Shown here in pieces: positions 20,121 to 29,959 of a stretch of 64,000 nt of DNA. The notes under the pieces are model-generated. The model did no database searches. It was not told where the DNA came from and was given only the letters and a program-made list of their open reading frames with translations. Numbering within the stretch: the first letter of the stretch is position 1; each line of letters starts with the position of its first letter. Origin of the DNA: Nitrospirota bacterium (GTDB taxonomy: Bacteria; Nitrospirota; UBA9217). The position numbers were made by a program, and so were the translations under genes. The stretch covers positions 480,001 through 544,000 of the forward strand of contig CAVUCU010000001.1 in assembly GCA_963740085.1 (NCBI GenBank), given 5' to 3'.

Positions 20121-20388
20121 CCCGGAATACCTCTCCCTGGTGATATGCGTCATGGATACGATCGAGAAACGCTCCTTCTCCATTACAGTATCCCTATGAA
20201 ATACACCAAAATCGAGAACACTGTTCATCTCTCCACCATTCCTTACGATTCTCCGAGCAGAAATGGCGGCTCCTTTTCCATCCCGTATCAGTTACAATGA
20301 CCTGAAATAAAAGTTATTTTCTATTGCCAAAACCCTGTCCAGAGATTTACAATACGGCGTCATTGCGGGTCGGGGGGGAGAACAAGCA

Positions 20389-21387
20389 TTGAACAAAAAA
20401 GTGGTCGCTCTCATTTCAGGGGGACTCGACAGCGTCCTTGCGGCAAAGATCGTCATGGGGCAGGGCTTCGACATCGTCGGTCTCTACTGCACCTCCCCCT
20501 TTTCCAAAAGCTATGGACGGGAAGAGGAGACCCATGCGGCCGCGGTTTCAAAGGCCATCGGCATCGAACTCCGGATCTTCGACATGGGGCAGGACTATAT
20601 CGAGCTTGTCCGCAGGCCCGCACACGGCTACGGCAAGAATGTGAATCCCTGCATCGACTGCAAGATATTCATGCTGAAGAAGGCGAAGACGGTGATGGAG
20701 GAGCTGAACTCGCCCTTCGTTGTTACCGGCGAGGTCCTCGGGCAACGACCCATGTCCCAGCGCCGCGACACCTTCCCGGTGATCGAGCGTGATGCGGATA
20801 TGCGGGGCATGGTGCTTCGTCCTCTGTCGGCCAAGCTTCTTCCGCCCACCCAGGGTGAGTTGAGCGGGGCAATAGACCGTGAGAAGCTTCTCGGCATAAG
20901 CGGCCGTTCACGGACTGTCCAGCTCCAGCTTGCCGAACGCTACGGCATCAGCGGGTTCTCTACCCCTGCAGGCGGATGCCTGCTCACCGACAAGAACTTC
21001 TCGGCAAAACTGCGTGACCTGTTCGAGGACAAGAATGCCGTCAATTCCAACGACATCCGGCTCTTGACCGTGGGCCGCCATTACCGGATCGATGCCGGGA
21101 TCAAGATCGTCATCGGCCGCGATAACAGTGAAAATAATGTGCTCATGTCCCTCGCTCCTCATGGCTACCACCTTTTCATGCCTCAAGGATTCCCCGGCCC
21201 GGTTGCCTTGCTGAACGGGAATCCCACCCAGGACGTGAAGCAGACCATTGGCCGCCTCATCATCACCTACAGTAAACAGGTCTCGGGCCGCACCTATCGC
21301 ATTCGATTCGGAAACGAGGTATTCGATCCCGGGGAACCGCTTCCGATCGATGTTTCTGGTTTGCGCCGTGTCGGAGCGGATTGTTAG
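20389..21387 (+). CDS. ThiI/MnmA-like PP-loop tRNA sulfurtransferase-family protein
   Basis: SGGLDS PP-loop, NPCIDCK, TGEVLGQRPMSQ, GGCLLTD. Confidence 0.8.
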   Translation: MNKKVVALISGGLDSVLAAKIVMGQGFDIVGLYCTSPFSKSYGREEETHAAAVSKAIGIELRIFDMGQDYIELVRRPAHGYGKNVNPCIDCKIFMLKKAKTVMEELNSPFVVTGEVLGQRPMSQRRDTFPVIERDADMRGMVLRPLSAKLLPPTQGELSGAIDREKLLGISGRSRTVQLQLAERYGISGFSTPAGGCLLTDKNFSAKLRDLFEDKNAVNSNDIRLLTVGRHYRIDAGIKIVIGRDNSENNVLMSLAPHGYHLFMPQGFPGPVALLNGNPTQDVKQTIGRLIITYSKQVSGRTYRIRFGNEVFDPGEPLPIDVSGLRRVGADC

Positions 21388-21560
21388 CAATCACACTGCT
21401 CTCTCCCATTCAAAATCCTTCTCAGTAACCGAGCGTATTACGAAAAATGGCCGTCCTGCCGCTGTTGCCGATAAAATCATGATACAATATTAATCAGCGA
21501 CAATCGGTGATGTACGACCCGGATCATACCGTGCACCAGCGGTCTATTCTCGAGGAGAAC

Positions 21561-22646
21561 ATGCCCCGGATCACCATACAAGCGATCGCCACCTATCTTG
21601 AGTCCCTCTATAGCAAACCCGTACGCGTGCTCTCCATGACCACGGAGGGAAAGCAGGAGGCCGGCGATGATCTCAAGGCCTTTGGATATGGCTCGCCCCT
21701 GTTTCTGGAGTATGAGGTCGCCGGGGAGCGGAAGAAGGCCGTGCTCGAGACCATGACTCCTTCCTCCTTCGGCCATGACCACTTCTCTGACCGCGCGCAG
21801 GCCATTCTGTGGGAGCACTCGGCGTTCAACAATCTTCCGCGGCATGTGCGCTCCCTCGACAGCGGCGCCTTTTTGAGTTCAGGAACCATCCTCTCCACAG
21901 GCAAGGTCGAGGAATTTTTTTTGCTGACGGACTTTGTACGGGGGAATGGATACTTCAAGGACCTTGAACGAATAAGGAGGTCGGGTATCGCCACTGACGG
22001 GGACATCACAAGGACCCTGGCCCTCTCCGACTACCTTGTCGAAATCCACTCCACAAAACTCGATTCGCCCGGACTCTATTCCAGAAGGATCCGCGATCTC
22101 CTGGGCCACGGCGAATGCATCATGGGACTGATAGACAACTATCCTCCCGCCTTTGAGTTCATCGATCAACAGCTCCTCAAAAAGATAGAGCTGGCCTGTG
22201 TTGAATGGCGATGGCGCATCAAGCACCGCACACGCCGCCTCTGCCGGGTGCATGGCGATTTTCACCCCTATAACATCCTGTTCCGGGATGGCACTGACTT
22301 CACGCTCCTCGATCGATCACGCGGAGAATGGGGAGAACCGGCGGATGACACCACCTGTCTGAGCATAAACTATCTTTTTTCCTCGCTCGTAAGCTCGGGA
22401 AAGCTTGACGGACCCTTCGAAAGGATGTTCATGTCCTTTTGGGACAACTACCTCTCCAGGACCAATGATCAGGAAATGCTCGAGGTTGCAGCTCCGTTTT
22501 TTGCCTGGCGCGGACTGGTGATCGCAAGCCCTGTCTGGTATCCGCGTCTGACCGTGCGGGCGCGCCAGGCCATTTTCAATTTTATCCAGAACGTCCTGGC
22601 AGCGGACCGGTTCGATCCAGGGGACGTGAACAGGTACCTGTCATGA
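21561..22646 (+). CDS. Aminoglycoside phosphotransferase/kinase-like protein
   Basis: HGDFHPYNILF and LLDRSRG motifs; GAGGAG RBS before ATG 21561. Confidence 0.8.
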   Translation: MPRITIQAIATYLESLYSKPVRVLSMTTEGKQEAGDDLKAFGYGSPLFLEYEVAGERKKAVLETMTPSSFGHDHFSDRAQAILWEHSAFNNLPRHVRSLDSGAFLSSGTILSTGKVEEFFLLTDFVRGNGYFKDLERIRRSGIATDGDITRTLALSDYLVEIHSTKLDSPGLYSRRIRDLLGHGECIMGLIDNYPPAFEFIDQQLLKKIELACVEWRWRIKHRTRRLCRVHGDFHPYNILFRDGTDFTLLDRSRGEWGEPADDTTCLSINYLFSSLVSSGKLDGPFERMFMSFWDNYLSRTNDQEMLEVAAPFFAWRGLVIASPVWYPRLTVRARQAIFNFIQNVLAADRFDPGDVNRYLS

Positions 22647-23170
22647 ATATCGAACAGGCGTTCGCCATCTGGATTACCGGCATCCCGGCGTCTGGCAAAA
22701 GTTCCCTGACCCGGGAACTGGTGAAAAAACTGGCGATACGGGGGATTTCGGTCGTCGTGCTGGAGTCGGACGAAATGAGAAAGATACTCACCCCTTTTCC
22801 GACCTATGAACAGGAAGAACGAGATGCCTTTTATCGGTCGCTGGCGCTGATCGGTGGTGTGATCACCAGGAGCGGCGTACCGGTGATCTTCGATGCAACA
22901 GCGAACAAGCGGGCCTATCGGGAGTTTGCGCGTACACTTGTTCCCCGCTTCGTGGAAGCATATGTAACATGCCCTCTTGAAACCTGCATGAAACGGGATC
23001 CCAAAGGGATATATGGTCGAGCGGCTGCCGGCAAGACAAGCACGGTCCCCGGAATTCAGGCGACCTATGAACCGCCCCGTAACCCCGCTATCACGCTTGA
23101 CGGCCGGAACCCCCCGGAAGAGGCAGCAGATGCTGTTGTAGACATCCTGAAGCAGCTGCTGTATATATAA
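22643..23170 (+). CDS. Adenylyl-sulfate kinase (CysC)-like P-loop kinase
   Basis: WITGIPASGKS, RDPKGIY, YEPP; ATGA overlap with upstream gene. Confidence 0.8.
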   Translation: MNIEQAFAIWITGIPASGKSSLTRELVKKLAIRGISVVVLESDEMRKILTPFPTYEQEERDAFYRSLALIGGVITRSGVPVIFDATANKRAYREFARTLVPRFVEAYVTCPLETCMKRDPKGIYGRAAAGKTSTVPGIQATYEPPRNPAITLDGRNPPEEAADAVVDILKQLLYI

Positions 23171-23202
23171 ACAGTTCTTTCCTCCCTATTTGTGAAACTC
23201 AT

Positions 23203-23231
23203 TTGACTGCCCATCGCCTGTCCGATAAAAT
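23203..23231 (+). promoter_or_regulatory. sigma70-type promoter, probably leaderless
   Basis: TTGACT-17 bp-TAAAAT, ATG 7 nt downstream. Confidence 0.65.
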
Positions 23232-23238
23232 GCGTGCC

Positions 23239-23685
23239 ATGGCTAAAAAAGTAACATATGAACGGTGGATAAATATTTTTCTTCCCGATGCATGGACCGA
23301 ACGGGAAGAAATGGGTTTTATACTCCTGGAAAGGGACGGCTGGCCAGGCATGATGCAACTCTCGTTCATCGAGAGGGACGAGATAAAAACGCCACCGTTG
23401 GAGGCCGCCCGAATACTCCTCGAAGACACCCTGGAGGAGCGTGATGTGCCCTTCCCTCGTGAAGCAGTAAAGGTAGAAGAACGGGGGGACATGGGAATAG
23501 CGGCCCTGGATTATACGTATGACATCAAAGAAGGAACGACCCATTGGCGCATCTGGTTTCTCGTTGATAAAACACGGGCGGTCATGGCCGCTTATGTGAG
23601 CGACCCTGAACACCTCAATCCCTCCCTGGATGAAGCCGCGCGTATCATCTCGGACATCGAATTTATCCCGAGCACAAACGACTGA
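23239..23685 (+). CDS. Hypothetical acidic protein (DUF3805/PsbP-like, tentative)
   Basis: Promoter-aligned ATG; LPDAW and HWRIW motifs. Confidence 0.65.
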   Translation: MAKKVTYERWINIFLPDAWTEREEMGFILLERDGWPGMMQLSFIERDEIKTPPLEAARILLEDTLEERDVPFPREAVKVEERGDMGIAALDYTYDIKEGTTHWRIWFLVDKTRAVMAAYVSDPEHLNPSLDEAARIISDIEFIPSTND

Positions 23686-23761
23686 GCGATCCATCCTCTG
23701 TACAAACCCGGAACAACCATAACGTTGCTGATCAGTCATCAAAGAAATCAGGCCGCAATAG

Positions 23762-23797
23762 AAAAAGGGCGCGAATACCTCTTCGCGCCCTTTGTTT
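23762..23797. terminator. Bidirectional intrinsic terminator
   Basis: AAAGGGCGCGAA-tacctc-TTCGCGCCCTTT between convergent genes. Confidence 0.8.
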
Positions 23798-23820
23798 CAT
23801 TCCCCTGGAATATTAAATAA

Positions 23821-25185
23821 TCACACATACTCCCGCAACATCTTGCTCCGGGCCGGATGACGCAATTTCTTAAGCGCTTTGATCTCTATCTGCCTGATCC
23901 TCTCGCGCGTCAGATTAAAGAACTTGCCGACCTCTTCGAGCGTGTGTTCGCTGTTGACTCCGATACCAAACCGCATCCTGATAATTTTCTCTTCACGCTC
24001 GGTGAGTGACGAGAGCACCTGCTCGATGCGGCTTGAAGCTTCGTTGTTCTCCAGCGTCTTAAAGGGCGAGATTGCTTTCTCGTCGATGATCACGTCCTTG
24101 AGTTCCTTCTCTTCCGAGAGGATCGGCGTCTCCAGAGATACCGGCTCCTGGATCGCCCGCAGGATCTCGTTTACCCGCACAACGGAGAGACCCATGATCT
24201 TCGATACTTCCTCGGGAGAAGGCTCCCTTCCCTTTTCACGCATAAACTTTGCAAAAATGCGGCTGATGCGGGTGCTTTCTTCGATCAGGTGCACCGGCAG
24301 TCGAATGGTGCGTGCCTGGTCCAGGATGGCGCGGGTGATCCGCTGCCTGATCCACCATGTGGAATAGGTGCTGAACTTGGTTCCCTTGCCCGACTCATAC
24401 CGGTCCGATGCCTTCATGAGGCCGATATTGCCTTCCTGAATCAGGTCGAGAAGAGTCAGACCCCGGTTCACGTATTTTTTCGCGATCGAGACCACAAGCC
24501 TCATGTTGGCCTGGACAAGCACATCTTTGGCCTCCTTTACCTTGACCTCGACGGTATCGATGCGGCTGACCATATCCAGGATGGTCGCCTCGTCGAGACC
24601 GAGCTTCTCGATGTCGGCAGTAATGCCGCGCTCGGCCTGCTTGCCCAATGCCGCGAGCTTCTTGAGCATCTTCTCGATCTCGCGGAAGGAGAGGCTCATC
24701 TCGTTCAGCGTGGTCGTCGCCCGCTCCATGTCGCGCCTGGCCACCTGCCTCTTAAGCCTGTTGTAGAGGCGCATGAACTCAGCCTCGTACGAGTCCTTCC
24801 ACTCGCCCGGGAAACGGAGCACATCCTGCGCCTTCACGAGCCCCTGCTTGATGTTCGCGCCCAACGCCAGGACTCTCGGGATCGCAAGCGGAGAACTCAA
24901 GGCGATCTCTTTAAGCACAGCCTTGCCTCCCTCCAGGGTTCGGACGTATTCCTGCTCTTCCTCTATCTTCAGCATGGGGAATCTTCCGACGGACTTAAGA
25001 TAGGTGTCGACAAGGTCAGCTCCTGCAACAGCCACCTCTTCGGCAACCTCAGCGACCTCTGCCGGAGAAGGTTCCTCTTCTTCCTCTTCTTCCTCCGCGA
25101 ACTCCTCAGCCAGATCCTCTACTATTTCCTCGGGCATCCCATCGGGATACCGGCTCTTTTCCTCTGATATTGCTATTTTGCTCAT
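23821..25185 (-). CDS. RpoD/SigA-family sigma70 factor (probably a paralog)
   Basis: ANMRLVVSIAKKY, DLIQEGNIGLMKA, WWIRQ, TLEEVG..TRERIRQIE. Confidence 0.92.
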   Translation of the reverse strand: MSKIAISEEKSRYPDGMPEEIVEDLAEEFAEEEEEEEEPSPAEVAEVAEEVAVAGADLVDTYLKSVGRFPMLKIEEEQEYVRTLEGGKAVLKEIALSSPLAIPRVLALGANIKQGLVKAQDVLRFPGEWKDSYEAEFMRLYNRLKRQVARRDMERATTTLNEMSLSFREIEKMLKKLAALGKQAERGITADIEKLGLDEATILDMVSRIDTVEVKVKEAKDVLVQANMRLVVSIAKKYVNRGLTLLDLIQEGNIGLMKASDRYESGKGTKFSTYSTWWIRQRITRAILDQARTIRLPVHLIEESTRISRIFAKFMREKGREPSPEEVSKIMGLSVVRVNEILRAIQEPVSLETPILSEEKELKDVIIDEKAISPFKTLENNEASSRIEQVLSSLTEREEKIIRMRFGIGVNSEHTLEEVGKFFNLTRERIRQIEIKALKKLRHPARSKMLREYV

Positions 25186-25216
25186 TTTCCCTGCCTTTCA
25201 ATCTCTTCTTAATTCA

Positions 25217-25244
25217 ATTATAGCAAAAACAAGTACTACGTCAA
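25217..25244 (-). promoter_or_regulatory. sigma70-type promoter of the sigma factor gene
   Basis: TTGACG-16 bp-TATAAT with extended TG. Confidence 0.55.
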
Positions 25245-25368
25245 ACACTAATTATAATTTTAGAGTACTTTCAACTTAGTCGTGCAAAACCTTGTTCGGG
25301 TGGATAAAACATGCGGTCCAGCCATTTTCATTTTTCCCGGGATGATTTTTATGTTATACTCGCATCCC

Positions 25369-26346
25369 ATGGACCTCTTTTATCTGTTATTTCCCGTATC
25401 GGGCGTAAGAACATGGGTATTTCTCCCACCAATCGTAGCATTTGTGGTCTCTACATTCACCTCCATGGCAGGCGTGTCCGGGGCCTTTCTTCTGCTTCCC
25501 TTTCAGATGAGCGTCCTTGGTTTCACCAGTCCGGCAGTCAGTTCAACGAATTTTGTGTACAACATCTTTGCGATTCCCAGCGGTGTCTACCGGTATTTCA
25601 AAGAAGGCCGTATGGCATGGCCCCTCACCTGGGTGGTGATCGTCGGCACCCTGCCGGGCGTTTTTATCGGTTACTACCTTCGGGTCTTCTACCTCCCGGA
25701 CCCGCGTACGTTCAAGCTCTTTGTCGGTCTCGTGCTTCTCTACATCGGGAGCAGGCTTCTGTATGAGATCACGGGGAAAGCTCGGGCGAGCAACGCGAAA
25801 CTCAGCGAACTGAACAAAAAATTTTCGGAAAGGGCCAGCCTCATGAAGGAGCAACGCAAATCCCAGGCCGCAGCAGGGCTGCCTCCGGATGCGGTGGTCA
25901 AGACCATCACCTTCAATCTGAAGGTCATTGAGTACGAGTTCTGGGGTGAACACTTCCGGTTCAGCGTGCCTGCCATGTTTCTGCTTGCTTTTGTCGTGGG
26001 TGTCATCGGCGGGATCTACGGTATCGGCGGCGGAGCGATCATTGCCCCGTTCTGTGTGGCCGTTTTCCATTTGCCGGTTTATACGGTTGCGGGCGCGGCA
26101 TTGCTCGGCACGTTCCTCACGTCGATCGTCGGGGTCTTCTTTTACAGCATACTGCCTGCAACAGGAGGAGTCTCTACATCACCGGACTGGGCGCTGGGTT
26201 TCCTCTTCGGGGTCGGCGGGTTTGCGGGGATGTATCTTGGCGCGCGGCTCCAGAAATACATTCCCGAGAAATTCATCAAACTCATGCTCGGGATCATGAT
26301 CACTACCCTTGCATTGAAATATATCATTCAGTATTTCGTGAAATAG
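25369..26346 (+). CDS. Sulfite exporter TauE/SafE (TSUP) family membrane protein
   Basis: GVSGAFLLLP and GIYGIGGGAIIAP motifs, multiple TM helices; start moved to ATG 25369. Confidence 0.88.
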   Translation: MDLFYLLFPVSGVRTWVFLPPIVAFVVSTFTSMAGVSGAFLLLPFQMSVLGFTSPAVSSTNFVYNIFAIPSGVYRYFKEGRMAWPLTWVVIVGTLPGVFIGYYLRVFYLPDPRTFKLFVGLVLLYIGSRLLYEITGKARASNAKLSELNKKFSERASLMKEQRKSQAAAGLPPDAVVKTITFNLKVIEYEFWGEHFRFSVPAMFLLAFVVGVIGGIYGIGGGAIIAPFCVAVFHLPVYTVAGAALLGTFLTSIVGVFFYSILPATGGVSTSPDWALGFLFGVGGFAGMYLGARLQKYIPEKFIKLMLGIMITTLALKYIIQYFVK

Positions 26347-26397
26347 AAAAGTCTTTCCGGGAAGAGTGCCGGCAACCAGCCGTCCGACAAGCAGTTC

Positions 26398-26973
26398 CTA
26401 CGCGAGGCCCCTGCTGCCCGGTTTCACCGGCTTACCGCCCGCCTTGCACATCGGGCACGTCTCCGGTGTATACGCGGGAACCATGAGGGTAACGAGCGAT
26501 TGGTAAGGAACTCCGATGTCCGCTTTGCCGCCGGAACGATCAATGAGCGACGCCGCGGCAACGACGACTCCGCCCGCTTTCTGCACGACATTGATGGTCT
26601 CTCTCGTCGATTTGCCTGTCGTTATCACATCTTCCACAACAAGCACACGCTCACCCTGCTTGATCGTGAACCCGCGGCGAAGCAAGAGTTCCCCGGTCAC
26701 TCGTTCGGCGAATATCGCGCGTACTCCCAATGCCCGGGCCGTTTCATGCGAAACGAACACCCCGCCCAGCGCCGGTGCGATTACGACCTCGATCGTTGAA
26801 TCCTTGAATTTCTCAGCGAGCGCCGCGCAGAGCTTCGTTGCAATCTCTGGCTGCTGCAGCACCAGTGCACTCTGCAGGTACTGTTCGCTGTGAAGACCTG
26901 ACGAGAGCAAAAAGTGCCCGCTCAGCAAGGCACCGGTCTTTTTGTAAATGTCCAACACCTGTTCTGACGTCAT
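26398..26973 (-). CDS. pyrE: Orotate phosphoribosyltransferase
   Basis: GHFLLSSGLHS, VVEDVITTGKS PRPP motif. Confidence 0.95.
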   Translation of the reverse strand: MTSEQVLDIYKKTGALLSGHFLLSSGLHSEQYLQSALVLQQPEIATKLCAALAEKFKDSTIEVVIAPALGGVFVSHETARALGVRAIFAERVTGELLLRRGFTIKQGERVLVVEDVITTGKSTRETINVVQKAGGVVVAAASLIDRSGGKADIGVPYQSLVTLMVPAYTPETCPMCKAGGKPVKPGSRGLA

Positions 26974-27047
26974 TTTTCTCTTCCCTACCTCGCCCCATCA
27001 TTTTTCTATTTGGAATTCAGCGGTCATGAACCGGAATCCGGAAGGAC

Positions 27048-27824
27048 TTACGCTGACGGCTGACTTCTGGCTTCCGCCTTCTTTCCATTCTCATGGCGCA
27101 TCGTAATCTCTTCCAGAATCTTCTCCACCGCGGCCTTTCGATCACTCGCTTTCAGCACCGGTCTTCCTACTACGATATAGTCAGCACCGGCCTTGACCGC
27201 CTCTCCCGGCGTCATGACCCGCTTCTGGTCGTCCCTGTCCGCCCATACCGGACGTACCCCGGGCGTGAGAATGATGAATTCACCACGAACAGCCCTGCGC
27301 AGCGTCTTGATCTCCTGCGGCGAGGCGACCACTCCGTGCATTCCGGCGCGCTGGGCAAGCCGCGCCAGGTGGGCGACTTCCCGCCGGAGCGAACGGGTTA
27401 TTTTAAGCTCTTTCCGCATACTTTTTTCGTCCATGCTCGTGAGGACGGTTACTGCGAGCATCACAGGCAAAGGCACGTTGAGTTTTTCCGCTGTTTCCTT
27501 CGCCGATTCCGCCGCAGCCTTCATCATGTCGAGCCCGCCCAGTGAGTGGACGTTGAAAATGCTCACGCCGAGTTTCACGGCTTCGGCAGAGGCTTTGGCC
27601 ACGGTATTCGGGATATCGTGGAATTTAAGGTCGAGAAATACCCGGCCTCCCATGCCGGTGATGCGGTGCACGATGTCCGGACCGTAGGCGGTATAAAGCT
27701 GAAGACCGATCTTGAACACACCGACCGAATCCTTGAGTTCGGCAACGATACCAAGCGCCTCCCGGTCGTTATCGACATCCAGGGCAAGGGCAAGACGTTC
27801 TTTTGCGGTAAATGAAATAGCCAT
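27048..27824 (-). CDS. pyrF: Orotidine-5'-phosphate decarboxylase
   Basis: LALDV, FLDLKFHDIPNT, TPGVR, DQKR, VVGRP. Confidence 0.96.
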   Translation of the reverse strand: MAISFTAKERLALALDVDNDREALGIVAELKDSVGVFKIGLQLYTAYGPDIVHRITGMGGRVFLDLKFHDIPNTVAKASAEAVKLGVSIFNVHSLGGLDMMKAAAESAKETAEKLNVPLPVMLAVTVLTSMDEKSMRKELKITRSLRREVAHLARLAQRAGMHGVVASPQEIKTLRRAVRGEFIILTPGVRPVWADRDDQKRVMTPGEAVKAGADYIVVGRPVLKASDRKAAVEKILEEITMRHENGKKAEARSQPSA

Positions 27825-27916
27825 AATAGGTTCTCAAGGGTCATGGGTCCGGGGTCCGGCAGGACCGTCTCGCTCGTTACTTCTTTGCGCCCTGCCCCTG
27901 CGTTCCTGATCCTTCT

Positions 27917-28486
27917 CTAGTAAATTCTGAGCAGGCTCAGCAACCGGTCCTTGAACATTTCCGCCAACATTTGCAAACTCGGAATGAGCAGAAACTCATT
28001 GGCATTATTTGAAAAGAGTATCCACGCCTCGGCGGGAAAATCCTTGGTCTCCTGGGACAGTTCCACATGCAGGTTCACCTTCGGCAAAGCTCGTACCGTG
28101 ATCGCCATGTCGCTGCCGATAAGACTCGGCGTCGTTTCGGCATCCACCATGGGCAGGATGGTGTTCGCGCGGGTAATGATCTCCATCGCATAGTTGCTGA
28201 TCGGCAATTCCACTTTTTTCCTGAAATCCGGCGACGATTGACCCGAGAAATCCCCGATCGCGCGCCAGGGCGTCAGGCTCAGCGTTGTACCGGATGAGGA
28301 AATATAGTCGTGGATCACCGTGGTATGGATCTCAGGGGCCTGCTGACCATGAAGAAAGACACCGCCATGACGGACCACGTAATCCTGCCCGAGCATGCCG
28401 AGGAGAAGCGCGTCCTCTTCTTCATTATAGAGAGCACTGATCCGTTCCGCCTGTTTTGGGAAGGAGGTGTGCACAAATGCTTTCAC
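27917..28486 (-). CDS. DUF3786-like protein
   Basis: ALPKV...DFPAEAWILF pattern; GTG start with GGAGG RBS. Confidence 0.65.
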   Translation of the reverse strand: MKAFVHTSFPKQAERISALYNEEEDALLLGMLGQDYVVRHGGVFLHGQQAPEIHTTVIHDYISSSGTTLSLTPWRAIGDFSGQSSPDFRKKVELPISNYAMEIITRANTILPMVDAETTPSLIGSDMAITVRALPKVNLHVELSQETKDFPAEAWILFSNNANEFLLIPSLQMLAEMFKDRLLSLLRIY

Positions 28487-28570
28487 AATGGCCTCCGGCC
28501 GTGAATATTCGATGAAAGTCCTGCCAATACCCGGGAAAAAGGACAACAGGAAAAGGACAAGACCATGGCA

Positions 28571-29056
28571 TCAGGCTTCCTGCTTTATTCGCTGGATGAT
28601 TTCTGCGATCAAGTCCTGAAAATTGAATTGAAGATGGATGATATCGGAAGGGAAGCAATCCTCAAACTGGTAATCGCCCTGATCCAGCAGAATGAGGCTG
28701 AAAAGAATCTCCTTCACCTGGGCCTTTAAACCGCCAAACAGGTCCTTGGAAGCTATGAGTCCGTTCTCGACTAGGATTGCCCCCAGTTTTTTTAATCCCG
28801 CGTTTTTTTTGTAGAGCTGGGTTGCATAGTCCAGGTTCTCACGCTTGAGCTTGCCGGTTCTCACGAGAATTTCACCGAGCCTGTCATGATTGCTGGTGGA
28901 CGTGGCAAAGACGACCTGTCCGCTTTTGATAAAAATGCACTTCTTCGCATCACCGCTGCTCACGGTCATGGTGCCGGTTGCTTTTCTCTGGCGAAGCTGC
29001 TCCAAAACATCCATGATCGGCGTAAAAGAAATTTTCCCTGAAAGCGTAATAGACAT
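28571..29056 (-). CDS. DUF4388 (PATAN-like) protein with MshEN-like RLGEIL/KLGAIL motifs
   Basis: LSGKI..KATGTM, DRLGEILVRTG, KKLGAILVENG. Confidence 0.8.
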   Translation of the reverse strand: MSITLSGKISFTPIMDVLEQLRQRKATGTMTVSSGDAKKCIFIKSGQVVFATSTSNHDRLGEILVRTGKLKRENLDYATQLYKKNAGLKKLGAILVENGLIASKDLFGGLKAQVKEILFSLILLDQGDYQFEDCFPSDIIHLQFNFQDLIAEIIQRIKQEA

Positions 29057-29142
29057 AATTCATAAGCTTGCAATTGTGGAGTCCCGCAGATCGCCCAGGA
29101 CCGTTATGGTTATCACCTCACACTCACCTGAGGCAACAGGTC

Positions 29143-29769
29143 CTAATACTCAAACCTGATCCCCGCACCGCCCACCGTGCTGGGACCGGCTTTTAATTCC
29201 AGGAGCACCATAAACTTTTGACTCAGCTTCCATTCGATGCCGCCGAAAACGTATAACGACGTATTGCCGTCCTCAGGCAGCGATCCGCGCAAGGCCGCCA
29301 TCTCGAGTCCGCCATAAGGTGTGAACTTGTACCCCCGGTCGGTCAGCGGGAAACTCTTGCTGAAGATGGTCGAAAACGTCAGTTCACTCGCGTTCTTGTT
29401 GTGGAGGATCGTGTTATCCAGTCCAAGATCCACTGCCATGTCGATCGGCACCCCTTCGGATTCCTTGATCAGCTGATACTTGAGATCACCGCCGATCAAC
29501 GCTCCGAGACTATCGCCTGAATCGATCGATACCAGGGCCGCCCCAAACCTGACGCCTACTTCCAACATCGCCCCCAAACCGTAGCGAACCTCGGGATAAT
29601 AGCTCTTGTAATGATCGCCGAGTGTAAAGTGGATCCCGGCCTGGGTCATCCCCGCATCGAGGCTCTCCGCAGTGGTGAATACATTCTGTGTAAAATGGGG
29701 TTCAGCTCCCGCCAGACCGGCTGACAGAACCAGAAAAATTCCTAAGCACCAGGGGATCATCTTATTCAT
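29143..29769 (-). CDS. Outer-membrane beta-barrel protein
   Basis: Signal peptide, alternating beta pattern, C-terminal GIRFEY. Confidence 0.7.
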   Translation of the reverse strand: MNKMIPWCLGIFLVLSAGLAGAEPHFTQNVFTTAESLDAGMTQAGIHFTLGDHYKSYYPEVRYGLGAMLEVGVRFGAALVSIDSGDSLGALIGGDLKYQLIKESEGVPIDMAVDLGLDNTILHNKNASELTFSTIFSKSFPLTDRGYKFTPYGGLEMAALRGSLPEDGNTSLYVFGGIEWKLSQKFMVLLELKAGPSTVGGAGIRFEY

Positions 29770-29959
29770 TTTTGGCGACCTCCGAATTGTAATGATGGAA
29801 TTTCAACGCTTCAAAATATAACATCAAACGCGCGGATTGACAAGCAAAAAATCAGTGAGGGAATCTGCTGAAACGCGGATGGAGCAGATCGGCCGGATAA
29901 GGAAAGCGTGCGCGGAGAGTGGCAGGACGGGGAACGCGCAGCCGGTCAGGTACACGGTG

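Noticed and set aside
27917-29056. DUF4388 TGA stop in frame with the downstream DUF3786-like ORF (possible read-through)
   Set aside because: No Cys-motif context or SECIS-like hairpin; the downstream gene has its own GGAGG RBS and GTG start at 28486.
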